Shown here: one piece after another, positions 12,556 through 24,135 of the stretch | How positions within the stretch are numbered: position 1 is the first letter of the stretch | How the letters are laid out: the number at the start of each line of letters is the position of its first letter | NCBI GenBank assembly: GCA_025603075.1 | Contig: MU626442.1 | Location: forward strand, 1 to 38,385 | Source of the DNA: Neoconidiobolus thromboides FSU 785 | Lineage: Eukaryota > Fungi > Entomophthoromycota | Length of the DNA: 38,385 nucleotides | Direction of reading: 5' to 3' | The notes under the pieces: generated by a model | Databases searched by the model: none | Seen by the model: the letters and a program-made list of their open reading frames with translations, nothing else | What the model was told of the DNA's origin: nothing | Program-made: the position numbers and the translations under genes

Positions 12556-12579
12556 AAATGAGTCGCAAATGAGTCGCAA
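12556..12579. promoter_or_regulatory. Direct repeat (AAATGAGTCGC)x2 upstream of LIS1, containing AP-1-like TGAGTC cores
   Basis: Exact 11-bp tandem duplication ~160-180 bp upstream of the inferred ATG; function is inferred. Confidence 0.4.
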
Positions 12580-12736
12580 CGTCTGCAAACTAACTTGTTT
12601 TTTGTGAATAAAAAATAGCCACTCTTACAAAGCTATCAAATGAAAATGAAATTGAAACTGCTAACAAACAGACTAACAATCAAAAAGAACAAAAAAATTC
12701 AAGCATTGATTTTTTTAATCAAAATAATCAACTCTA

Positions 12737-14405
12737 ATGGAAAAAAACCGGGGAATAAGAGAATTGTAAGTAATATAACAATATAACTTGTGATAATTAA
12801 CTCTAAAAATACAATAGAGAAATAGGTATCTTGGAATATTTATATCGTAAAGGATATACTCAAAGTTATAATGAGTTTCGTAAAGAAAGTGATATTGATA
12901 TATTTCATCCCAAACAAAATGGGGAGGATACTATTGTACAAAATCCCAGGGTGAACCATTTGTTAGAAAAAAAATGGAGCTCAGCGTCTAATTTACAACA
13001 GAAGGTAAACTATCATCTTAATTTTTCAGTATTAAAACTAAGCTAAATACATAATTCCATTTAATAATATCTGAATTTAGGTAATAGAATTAGAAGAAGA
13101 ATTAAAGCAAAAAAAGGAGAATAAAAAAGAGAGTCAATTTAATAAAAATTATTTACCAAAGCCACCAAAGTTATTAGAAATGTCAGGACATAGAATGGCT
13201 ATTACTGCTGTTTTGTTTCATCCAATTTATAACTTATTATTTACTGGTTCAGAGGATTGTACCATTAGAGTTTGGGATTATGAGAATGGAGGCTATGAAA
13301 GGAGCATTAAAGGACATACGAAACCTATTCATCAGTTAGCAGTTTCCAATGAAAAAGGGAGTTTATTAGGTAAATATAGTTAGACTAAGTAGAGATTTTG
13401 TAACAATAGAATCCAAATTAATTATCTCCTTTATTTAGCTTCCTGTTCTAGTGATTTAAGTATAAAAATATGGGATATCAATAATGATTATCAATGTATA
13501 AAAACCTTAATGGGCCATGATCATTCTGTTTCTTCAATTAAATTTAGTCCCAATAATGATTTGCTTTTATCCGCTTCAAGAGATAAATCAATTAAGGTTT
13601 GGGAAGTTAGTACTGGGTAATTGAAATTTATCTTTTTATTAGTATGAATTATTTACATTAATATTTTTAAATTAGTTATTGTTTAAAAACAATTAATGGT
13701 AATAGTGAATGGATTAGAAGTATTGATATTTCTTTAGATTGTAGTACTATTGTAGCCGGTTCTTTTGATCATGTAACTCAGTTGAATTGTTTTTATTTAT
13801 ACTTAATAATTTTTATTCTAGATGGTAAGGACGTATGATTTTAATTCGGGAGAATTAAAGAATATACTTAAAGCCCATAATAATGTGGTCGAATATGTTA
13901 ATTTTTTACCAATTCAATCGTATCCATTTATTAAAGATTTGTGTGATTTAAATGTAATTAATATAATTTAATTTATTACTAAAAACATTTTTTATCATAA
14001 TATGTTTAGACAATTCCAGATGTACCAGGTCAATTTATAATATCTTGTTCAAGGGATAAAACATTGGCTTTATATAATATTCAAGGCCAAGTTTTATATC
14101 AATTTGTAATACTATTTTATTATATTTATAATATAAATATATTAACAAATTTAATATTAAAATTTATACAGAAAGGACATGATAATTGGGTAAAACAAAT
14201 GGTAGTTACTGGAGGTGGTAAATATATGTTAAGCATCAGTGATGATAAAACATTAAAAGCTTGGGATCTTCAAACAGGAAGAGTATTGCGTACTATTTTA
14301 TTGGACGAACAATTTCCTACTTCCATCGCTATGTCAAAAGATGGCTTATATTGTGCTACTACTTTTCCAGATGGTAAAATCTCTATTTGGAATTGTTTTA
14401 AATAA
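12737..14405 (+). CDS. PAC1: LIS1/PAC1/NudF dynein regulator (LisH, coiled coil, WD40), multi-exon
   Basis: Spliced start [10 protein letters not shown]|[13 protein letters not shown] (LisH), [85 protein letters not shown]; GT-AG introns between ORF fragments. Confidence 0.88.
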
Positions 14406-14727
14406 AAATAAGAATGAGAACAAAAACATCATAGCGGAATAAACATTCATATTTATTGTTTTTATAAAATTAGTTACTATTATGTTATTATTTTAAAATT
14501 TAGAAGTATTAAAATGAATATACTTTATTTTTTAATGGTTACTTTTTTTATGCCTATTCAAAGCGGAACGTTCAGTAAATGATTTACCACAGTAGTCAAT
14601 ATCGCAAAACAACCTAGGTTTATTAGGTTCAGTGAACTCTAATTTAGGGATAGGTATATGATTTGAATCATTCACTATTATATAAAAAAATATTATTTAA
14701 ATCAAAAAAACAGTTTTAAAGACAAAA

Positions 14728-15257
14728 CTAATGGATTTTACCAATCTCAAAAAAGGGCAGACTATGGCCATTAACTTCTGCTTTAACTTTTTGATATTTC
14801 CTTACTTTATAAAATTTATTGACTTTAAATCCTTTAAATTTTTGTTCTTTTAAAAACTGATGTAACTTAGTTTGTTGTAGTAACTGAAAATTAACATCTC
14901 GACGTAAACGTTCTCGTCCAGCTATTATTAAAATTTACTTATTAGTCTACTATTATTAGTTATTATAACTTTAAATTTACTTATTGAATATCCAGATATA
15001 TCTTTTATACATGGTGGCCTAAAGGAGATGATTACTTTTTAGTTGAAATTCTATATTCAATAATTTAATTGTTATCATTACCATGCTCTTTTACCAAATT
15101 TTGAATAATTGCCATTGACATTAAAATCAATCATCTTTTCATTGTTTTCTTCTTGTGCTTTTGTATTTAATTCTGTTGTATTTTCATTTTGTTGTGATCT
15201 CATAGTTGAATCCATTGTATTCTCATCCTGCTGTAATATTTCTTTTAATGAAGACAT
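14728..15257 (-). CDS. Predicted small 3-exon hypothetical protein (~135 aa), not in the ORF track as a gene
   Basis: Exons 15257-15082, 15018-14981 and 14921-14728 join in frame through 63- and 59-nt GT-AG introns with CTAA branch-like motifs: MSSLKEILQQ...GKRAW|PPCIKDISGYSI|TGRERLRRDVNFQLLQQ...EIGKIH*. Confidence 0.5.
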
Positions 15258-15344
15258 GTTTTGTATTATTTTTGTTTTTGTGATTTAACTAAGATTGGTT
15301 ATAGATCAACTTGATGTTTATTCATAAGTAAATTTAAATTTGCA

Positions 15345-15449
15345 ATATGGAGATGTATATTTGTATTTAAGGATTTTACTAACAATTTTTCCACTTAATT
15401 AGCACTCAAAAAATGGAAAAAGTAATGAAACCAAAAAACATCCCCAAAT
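15345..15449 (-). mobile_element. MITE copy 4 (orientation B), between two divergent genes
   Basis: ATAT-GGAGATGTATATTTG...CCAAAAAACATCCCC-AAAT. Confidence 0.9.
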
Positions 15450-15554
15450 GAATTCTCATTTGAAGATTAGAAAACAAACTTCAATAGATTCAAAAATAAT
15501 ACCAGTTTTTAAGAATCACTATCAGTTCAAATCTGACATTTTACAAATAAAAAC

Positions 15555-15592
15555 TGACTCACTTCAAACGAATTTATCAATTTAGCCAATCA
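15555..15592. promoter_or_regulatory. TGACTCA (AP-1/Gcn4-type) plus CCAAT box upstream of the transposase-derived gene
   Basis: TGACTCA at 15555-15561 and AGCCAATC at about 15583-15590, 165-200 bp before the ATG at 15756. Confidence 0.35.
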
Positions 15593-15755
15593 AATTTTCA
15601 ATTATTCTATTTTTTAATGTAATCAAATCATCAATTCATTAGGCATTTTTAAACAGAAAGATGCTTTTTTATAGAAATTAACTTAAATTCAATCAGTTTA
15701 TTTTTTGAATTCAGCATCATTAACACTTGTACTCTATAATCAAAATAAATTTAAC

Positions 15756-17354
15756 ATGTCTTCAGAAAAGGAATTTAATAATGGAACCAATGGATTTACT
15801 TATATTCAACCCAAACCCAACAACGACATGATAGAAGACGATATAATAAATGCCAACGAAATGGAGGAAGAAAGTTTTAATCATACCAATTTTAATTTTG
15901 AATCCAATAATCAATCTTTTCAACCAGATGCTTCCAATTTAAGTAATTTTAGTTTAAAATCCACTTATCATTCTTTACAACAACTTGAGAACGAGCGACA
16001 AAACCTTGAAAATGAGAGGAAAAATGTAGAAAAGAAAATAATGCAACAGCTTAAAGAAGAACAGAAAAATATTGATAAAAAGATTAAAGAAAAGATGAAA
16101 AAAATAGAGCAACTAAAAATGGAAATATTTCATGATCAGAAAGATAAAGAAGCACTAGAAAAAAGATTATTAGAAATGAAAGGACTAAAGACAAAGCCAG
16201 TAATAAGGGGTATCAATCAACCAAAAGTACTATTGACTTTTTCTAATAACTCAAAAGCAAGACAACCTAATATTGATCGAAAATTAAATATGATTGAAGA
16301 TTTTAAAAGTCGAACAATGAGTATTAAAGATATATGTGAAAAGTATAAAATTACAAGACAAACATTTTATAATATTAAAAAAAGTTATCAGGTTTATCAA
16401 GCTGGTTTAGAAGTGGAAAAAGAAGATTCAAGAGGTCGAAATTGTTTATTAAATAAAGATCAATTAGCTAGTATATTTTATGAAGTGGAAAGTCGACAAA
16501 ATGGAGAACAAACGGGTAGAGAATTAGTCAACCTTATTCAAGAACAATTTGGTAAAAAAGTATCTACTAGTACAATCTATAGAGGTTTATTGAAAGCAGA
16601 ATGTACTTGGAAAACTAGTTCTAATATACCAGGCTATTGGAATGAACCTCAGATTTTAGAGTTAAGAAAAAAATTTGTTCAAAGTTTACCATATGATCGA
16701 AGGAATAAAAAAGAATATTATGTGTGCGAAATTAGTTTTAATTTAGATTTAACTTTAGGTTATACCTGGGCATTAAAAGGAAATACAGAAACACTAGAAA
16801 AGAGAAATAAGTCAAAACCTATTCATTTACTTTTAGCTATCTGTAATTCAGGTGATATTATTAAAATGTATTTTAATCGAGATAAAAAAGAAATGTTGAA
16901 ATCAATTACAGAAGAAGAGTTTAAATTATTTTTTGAAGAAAACATTCATTTGTTTAATAATTCAATTGTTTATTTAAATAGTAATAAAGTTTATTCAACT
17001 GCATTTACTCATCCTAAATTTACTAATAAATTAATGGAAAATAATATACATTGCATCTGGTATCCACTTTATTCACCTTATTTAAATCCAGCTGAATATT
17101 TTACTAACTATTTAAAAAGAGATGTTGGTGATAAACAATACAAATCAAGGGATGAATTATATTTTACAATTGAATGTAGTATTAATTCTAATTATACTAC
17201 TAGAAATATTCAGCTGTTCATTGATAAAGCAGAATCTTTATTTCAAGACTGTTTAGTTGAATCACCTATTGTTGGATTTATATTACCTAATATCAATCGA
17301 ATAGAAGTTGATAATCAAAATAATTTAAATAGTTCTAGTATTAATAGTACTTAG
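15756..17354 (+). CDS. IS630/Tc1-mariner transposase-derived protein with N-terminal coiled coil and degenerate catalytic triad (candidate domesticated gene)
   Basis: HTH (MSIKDICEKYKITRQTFYNIKK), second HTH (TGRELVNLIQEQFGKKVSTSTIYRGL), DDE_3-like motifs YYVCEISFNL..YTWALKG (cf. FIDESGFNL..W..KG), IVYLNSN (cf. IVMDNA) and PLYSPYLNPAEYF (cf. PPYSPDLNPIE). No stops or frameshifts; likely ATG at 15756. Confidence 0.85.
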   Translation: MSSEKEFNNGTNGFTYIQPKPNNDMIEDDIINANEMEEESFNHTNFNFESNNQSFQPDASNLSNFSLKSTYHSLQQLENERQNLENERKNVEKKIMQQLKEEQKNIDKKIKEKMKKIEQLKMEIFHDQKDKEALEKRLLEMKGLKTKPVIRGINQPKVLLTFSNNSKARQPNIDRKLNMIEDFKSRTMSIKDICEKYKITRQTFYNIKKSYQVYQAGLEVEKEDSRGRNCLLNKDQLASIFYEVESRQNGEQTGRELVNLIQEQFGKKVSTSTIYRGLLKAECTWKTSSNIPGYWNEPQILELRKKFVQSLPYDRRNKKEYYVCEISFNLDLTLGYTWALKGNTETLEKRNKSKPIHLLLAICNSGDIIKMYFNRDKKEMLKSITEEEFKLFFEENIHLFNNSIVYLNSNKVYSTAFTHPKFTNKLMENNIHCIWYPLYSPYLNPAEYFTNYLKRDVGDKQYKSRDELYFTIECSINSNYTTRNIQLFIDKAESLFQDCLVESPIVGFILPNINRIEVDNQNNLNSSSINST

Positions 17355-17474
17355 TCCTCAAGTTTAGCATTACTATTACTTGGGTTTCTAGTTTAAGTAG
17401 ATATTACTTAATCTTCGAATTTAAGTCATTTATTTTGATTATTATGGATTTAAACTAGTAAATATTATATATTA

Positions 17475-17552
17475 TTTGAGAGTATTTTTGGGGGTATTTT
17501 TTAAACGCTATTTGAGTGGATAAAGTATTAGTAAAATTCTTAAACAAAAAAA
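17475..17552 (+). mobile_element. MITE copy 5, truncated/degenerate
   Basis: Core TTAAACGCTATTTGAGTGGATAAAGTATTAGTAAAATTCTTAAACAAAAAA matches the family; termini eroded. Confidence 0.7.
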
Positions 17553-17639
17553 ATGAAAAATGAGAAATAAAATTCAAAATAGAATAAAATTACATCTATA
17601 ATAAAATTTTAATTTAATTTGATTCTTCTTATTTTAATA

Positions 17640-20332
17640 TTAGCAAGAACCAAATCTAGGTTTTAAATGATCAAACATTAATTTATCTTCTAAGGTAACT
17701 GAAGCAGCAATCTTACTTAAAGCTTTAACAAAATGATGTTGTTGTACAAATAATTTTAATTCCAAATTACTGCTATCTTTAATATCGAAATTAATGTTTT
17801 CTCTCAAAGCAATAACTGCTGCTTCTCTAACTAAAGAAGCTAAATCGGCACCACTAAATAATAAATTGATAAAATTAATATTATAAATTTATAGTAAAAA
17901 TAAAAACTTACGAATAACCTTCACATTTACTATCATAAGCAATTTGTTTTAAATCAATATTTTCATCCATTGGTGTTTTTTTACATATGGTTTTTAATAT
18001 TTCATATCTTTCTGCTGAAGTTGGTAATTCAACGTATAATAATTTATCTAATCTACCAGGCCTTAACATAGCTGGATCGATAATATCTAATTAAATAATA
18101 AATTCGTTGGTTTGTTGATTTTTTTATTTTTATCAATTAAATTTACCTGGTCTATTAGTAGCTGCAATAATAAATACATTATTTCTACCTTCGGCACCAT
18201 CCAATTCTGTCAATAAAGTATTAACTACTCTAGCTGATACTTCTGATTGATTTTGATCTCTTTTGGAACATAAAGCATCTAACTCATCAAAAAAAACAAT
18301 ACAGGGAGCAGAGGCTCTAGCTCTTAAAAACACTTGTCGAATAGCCCTTTCACTTTCCCCGACATATTTATTTAATAGCTCTGGTCCTTTGACAGAAATG
18401 AAATTAGAATGAGATTGATTAGCTACTGCTTTAGCTAATAATGTTTTTCCACATCCTGGTGGTCCCCATAATAATACCCCACTTGGTCGACTAATTCCCA
18501 TTTTTTCAAATAATTCAGAATGTTGAATAGGCTCTACTACTGACATTCTTAATTCTTCTCGAATATTAAATAAAGCACCAATATCATCAAAGGTAACATC
18601 GGGTACAGTGGCAAATCCTTCTCTTTTACTACTGGGTTGTACTTTTTTCAAAGCTGATTTAAAATCTTCCATGGTTATATAAATTTGATTTAATTGTTGA
18701 TTATTTAAAGGTTGAGGATATTTTTGTAGAAATTGTTGTATTAAACTAGTTTCATTTGATACATTATTGTTCGTATTTATTACTTGTTGTTGTTGCTTTA
18801 CTTCTATTATTTCTATTTCTTTAACATCTTCTTTAACAACATTCTCTATTTCTTTGTTGCTTTCCGTAGCGGGTGTTTCTATTTCTTTAGTATCTTCTTT
18901 CATAATAATTTCTGTTTCTTTATTGGCTACTTCTTCAACTATCTTTATTTCTGTAATATTTTCTTTTACTGTTTCTATTCCTTTACTCTCCACTTCTTTA
19001 ACATCTTCTGTCGTAATATTATTATCTTGTAAAATACCATTTTCATTTTCCATTTCATTTTCCATTTCATTTTCATTTTCTTCCCCAGTTAAATCGACTA
19101 ATTCATTAAAATCCAATTTACCTTCTTTTAATAAATTAAAGATTCTTTTAACCGCAATCATACCAGCTGTGGAAGTTAAAGCTTCTAAATCAGCACCAAC
19201 ATAACCAGGCGTATTTTTGGATAAATATTTAAAATCAATCTCTTCTAATATTCGTAAATTTTTACATAATACCCTTAAGATTCTATAACAAAATGGAATA
19301 GAAGTTAATATATTACTATAAAAATAATATAATTAATTTACTTTTCTCTACTCTTTTCATCAGGTACACCAATACTAATTTCTCTATCAAATCTACCTGC
19401 TCTTCTTAATGCTGGATCAATGGAATCCGGTCGATTAGTAGCTCCAATTACTAAGACTGGTTTGTTGTCTGTCTTATCAAAGGATAAATCTATAAAAAAA
19501 CCAACAATTAACATTTCTTATTTATAATAATAAAATTGATCTATTTACCATCTAAACAAGTAAGTAATTGAGCCACGATTCTTCTTTCCATTTCTCTTTG
19601 AGCTGTTTCCCTTTTTGGTGTAATAGCATCAATTTCATCTAAAAACAATAAACATGGTGCATTCTTTTTCACCTGTTCAAAAATATTTCGTAACTTTTTT
19701 TCACTCTCTCCACTCATTCCTGAGACTACTGAAGGTGCTGAGACAATAATGATAGGCACTTTTAATTCTCCTGCAATCGCATTCGCTAATTTTGTTTTTC
19801 CTACACCTGGTGGTCCATGAAGTAAGATACCTCGGGGAGACTTTATTCCACTATGAATGTAAATTTCTGGATGAGTAATTGGTAAAGCTATTAATTCTAG
19901 GATTTCCTATAAGAGTTTGAAATAGAAGTTAATATTGGCAGGAGATGTCCTTTTTTTTAAATTTATTACCTCAATAATCGCTTCAATACCACCTAAATCT
20001 TTTAATGTAATCGTTGGTATTTCAATATTAACTATAAAATTAAGAAATTAGTTAATGAACCAATGACGCTATTTTTTAGAACTATTTACTATTTTTATCT
20101 TCTCTCTTTTTCTTTTTTACTGGTTCTTCTAAAGTATCGTCTTTTGCTTCAGTATCTGGCTGAGATTCTACTTCTTTTTTTTCTTCTGATTTGACTTCTG
20201 CTTCACTTACTTTAATCCCGCCTTTACCCCATAACCCTGTGATCCTTTTATTCATATTATTATTCTATTTTTTATTAGCATATTTCGTATTTGTATTCTG
20301 TTGGATTTATTTACTTTAGTTTTTCTACTCAT
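17640..20332 (-). CDS. RIX7: Rix7/NVL-type double AAA+ ATPase (60S ribosome biogenesis), multi-exon
   Basis: D1 [13 protein letters not shown]...[30 protein letters not shown]; D2 [45 protein letters not shown]; [11 protein letters not shown]; N-terminal MNKRITGLW; C-terminus ...PRFGSC*. Confidence 0.93.
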
Positions 20333-20498
20333 TTTAAAAATTATTAGAAATAATAAAACTCAAGAATTGAAATTTGCTTTAAAAATCGAATTTGAAATTT
20401 AAAAAAGTGAGTATAAATTTCAACCACTTGATAATTTAAAAATATAATATCAAACAATAGTATTAAATGTTTTAATTCAATTTTATTCTACTAATTCT

Positions 20499-21245
20499 TT
20501 ATCCTTCATTATTAGGTTCAACGATTCCTTTTTCTAACAACATTTTTTCCAATTCCCCATTTTGGTGCATTTGCATTAAGATATCACAACCACCAATGAA
20601 TTCTCCTTTAATATAAAGTTGTGGAATAGTTGGCCAAGAACTAATAAATAAACAATATTAAAAAAACTAATAATAATTGAATTAGATCAATAAGAAAACT
20701 TACGAGTACTCCTTAATACCAGAACGAATTTCTTCATCTTCTAATACATTAACCGAAGAAAAGGTATCAATACCTGAATAGATAAAAATCAATTATAAAT
20801 AAAAAAAGAGTCAAAACATCCTTCTCCTTTATAATAAAACCATATTTTTACCTTGCATATTTAAAATAGCTACGGCAGCACGAGAAAATCCACACTAATA
20901 ATTTATTGAAATTTTGTTTTTAAAATAGCTATTAATAAAATGAAATTTACCTGGGGATAATCGGGAGTACCTTTCATAAATAAACATACCGATTGGGCGT
21001 TAATAGCCTGAAAAATGGAAAATTAAATAAATAAAAAAGAAAATAATTCAGTAAAATTCTTTACCTTTTCAATTACTTGTTTAGTATCAGTGGATAAAAA
21101 TTTAACTAATCCAAACTTGGGTTGTTGGAATAAATTCTAATTAATGTTAAATATTAATCAATTGTTCCCTTCTTTTTAATTAGAAATTGCTTTAAACTCG
21201 GATTCTTTTACTTACTTTACTTAATACTCGAAATCTACTTATCAT
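20499..21245 (-). CDS. GRX5: Mitochondrial monothiol glutaredoxin (CGFS type), 6 exons
   Basis: [10 protein letters not shown]|[25 protein letters not shown]|[21 protein letters not shown]; basic presequence-like N-terminus; GT-AG introns. Confidence 0.93.
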
Positions 21246-21811
21246 TTTTTTTATTGATTAAAAGTTGTTGATTTGAGCTGAATCGGATCTGATAATCAAA
21301 ATAGTAAAAATTGGACTAAATTTGAGATTTTAATCAAATAGACTCAACTCGCGTTTTTACTATTGCAAAAATTGAGTGTTTATTTTATTATTAAAACTCA
21401 ATAAACTGTTCACATAAAATTGCTTAAGTAAATATTATTAATTTTTGATATTATTATTGTTAAACATTTTAATTTGTTTATTTATTGTAGTAGAAACTAT
21501 TTTATTAATATACCAAAAATACAAATATTTATTTAATGCTTTAAAATTTTATATCCTAATAATATTTTTCTTCAATTAGTCATGTTTTCTGGTATTTTTA
21601 TATAGAATTAAAATTTAAAATAAATACTTAATGTCTTTAAACAATATGTTTATAGACAACGTTTTACTTTTTATCATAGTATATATTAAGCGTTAATCAA
21701 AAATAAAACCAACTTAAAAAATATCTATATATAAAGCCTAAGATAAATTTTACTTATCTTTATAAATGGTTTTGATCTTTAGCCTTTATAATAATTATTC
21801 AATACCATCAG

Positions 21812-21915
21812 TAGGGGATGTATTTTTGTGTTTAAGAATTTTGCTGATAACTTTTCCACTCAAATAGTGCTTAAAAGATGGAAAAAGTAATGAAGCCAAA
21901 AAAAACACCCCCAGT
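21812..21915 (-). mobile_element. MITE copy 6 (orientation B)
   Basis: TA-GGGGATGTATTTTTGTG...GCCAAAAAAAACACCCCCA. Confidence 0.9.
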
Positions 21916-22019
21916 ATATAAATACTCTTAAAGCCTAAAATAAATCAAATTAACTATTTTGAAAGATACAGTAAATTTTAACATTTAATAATTAAAAATA
22001 ACTCTTATAATTTTTAAAC

Positions 22020-24135
22020 ATATTATCTTCATCTTTTGATTTTCTTCTAACTGAAGAATCATGACTAACTTTATTATTATTATCCTTGGTTTAACTGAAT
22101 ATTCTTTGATTTTGACAAGTTGATTCAAAACGTCTTGACCAGTAGCATCTTCCTTGCTATTTCTATTCTTTATTATTACTTCTGGTTTACTATTTTCTTC
22201 TTTTACTTTAGCTAAATAAAATTATTATTAATTCACTATTAAAAGAAAACAAAAAATAAAATTTACATATATTAATACATTTCAAACATGTCATATTATT
22301 ACAATTATATTTAAGATCTACTTTACACCTTTTATCTAAAACACAATATATAACTACTAAGTTTTTAGATGATTTTTTCTTTTGAAATCAATCTTGATAA
22401 TAAATCATCAATCATTAAATAAAATTGTTGATGATTATTTTTAGCAGATATCATATAATGATCATTTAAATATTTTCTTCAAAACAAACTTATTGAATTT
22501 AAATCATATTTTATTTTTCTTTTATCTATTGTATATACTCTTAAATGTAATTTGTTATGAGGTTTAATACCATTTTTAATCCTTATTAAATCTTTGAAAG
22601 GTATATTAGTATGTATCAATAATACTTTTGGTAATTTTTAAAGTTTTATTTGTTGTTGATATTGGGAACAATATATTGGAATTACTTTTGTTGAAAATAG
22701 TCCATTAAACATTGTTCAATATTTTTATAATTTCACCTCTCCTTCATTGGTATATTCGAAACTGAATAAATTTAAAAAGTAATTAAAATTAAAATTATTA
22801 CTTTGTCCTTTTATATTACATTTACTCTCTTTTATATTACATTTATTCTATCTTTTGTAACTATTCCAAACATTTGACGTATAGGATTATTAATTTAGCC
22901 AATTTTATTCGATAATCTAAATAAACTCAATTATCTAATAAATACATTTAATGTATCAATAATATTTTAATTACTCTGAAGGATGATTTAATTCATAACA
23001 TCTTTCAATTTCTTCAAGTAATTTCAAATTCACCAATATCCTTATTTTATTTATAATAAAATAATAGATATTATTTCAAGCATCTTTAATACCATCCAGC
23101 GTTTTTTCTATTAATAAATTACTTACATTCCAAATGATTATATGCGGATGTTTTTTTGATTTCATTACTTTTTTCATTTTTTAAATGTTATTTGAGTGGA
23201 AGGATTGTTAGTAAAGTCCCTAAACAAAAAAATACATCCCCATACCTTAGCATTAAATCTTTAAAATACCTTGAACTTGATTCTTCTGTTTTGTTGTTCA
23301 TCTTTATTACATTACTTACATCGGCTTTTTCTTTTTCATCTATTTGTGCAACTATAATAACAAGTTAAATTAAAAATTAAATTTATCTATAAAACAGTAC
23401 TATTAAATACTACTTACCTTTCTTATGACCAATCAAATGAACATTCCTAAGCCTTTTTAACTCTACTATTTTTTTTAGTAATTTCAACTCTTTTAGCTTC
23501 GAAAAATTCTTCTGTTTCAATACAATCTCCTAAAACATTTTTATTCATTTACTTCAAAACAACCCATTTCTTTTCTTGATAACTATTTAAAGAGTTTTAT
23601 ATAATAATCTTTAATCATATCAAATGCATCTTTTCAACGCCAGTCTCAAAATTACTGTTATTAATCTCATTTTCAATCCCTTATGAATTTATTAATACTT
23701 TTTAAACTTATTTTTACATAATTAGCCACTTACTTAACAACTTGAGAGCATTTTTACTCTTATATACTTTTTCATTTAATTGAATAGCAGCTGAAAAACT
23801 ACCAGTATTAAACCTTGAAATTCCCTGGTTACCACAAATGTTATCTTCAATATCAATTTCATCTGAATTCATCAAACCAATTAAAGATCTTCCTATTTTT
23901 TGATTATTAAAAGTGGAAGTTAAATCATCTTCTTTAAAAAAATTGTAAAATTAGTTGGTGATCTTAAAGCTTCTTGACCATCACAATAGTATTATCCAAT
24001 ATTTGTTTCATTAAGATTAAATGTTGTATTGGTAAATCTCACTAGTCTTTGATTATTAAATATAAGAATTACAATGTCTTTTTGAGCTCTCCTTGTAGAT
24101 TTGGGGTTTTTCATACCGTTAAGATATCCATCCAT
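22020..24135 (-). pseudogene. Intron-containing pseudogene of unknown family with premature stops and a MITE insertion
   Basis: MDGYLNGMKNPKSTRRAQK... start; GTAAGT..AG introns that join frames (KLL|RIENEINN; GHKK|VAQIDEKE); several in-frame stops and frameshifts; removing the MITE restores MLRYNHLE. The 3' boundary is approximate. Confidence 0.55.
23140..23245 (+). mobile_element. MITE copy 7 (orientation A), in an exon of the pseudogene
   Basis: ATAT-GCGGATGTTTTTTTG...AAAAAAATACATCCCC-ATAC. Confidence 0.92.

Noticed and set aside
18700-19090. Acidic low-complexity insert with ENENEM repeats in Rix7
   Set aside because: A variable linker region between the D1 and D2 modules is normal for Rix7/NVL; ordinary simple-repeat expansion.
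18767-19204. Plus-strand ORFs of 145 and 82 aa, and similar antisense ORFs at 2041, 2207, 4992, 9794, 29555, 31088, 32144, 33076 and 37455
   Set aside because: Shadow ORFs antisense to real, low-complexity coding regions.
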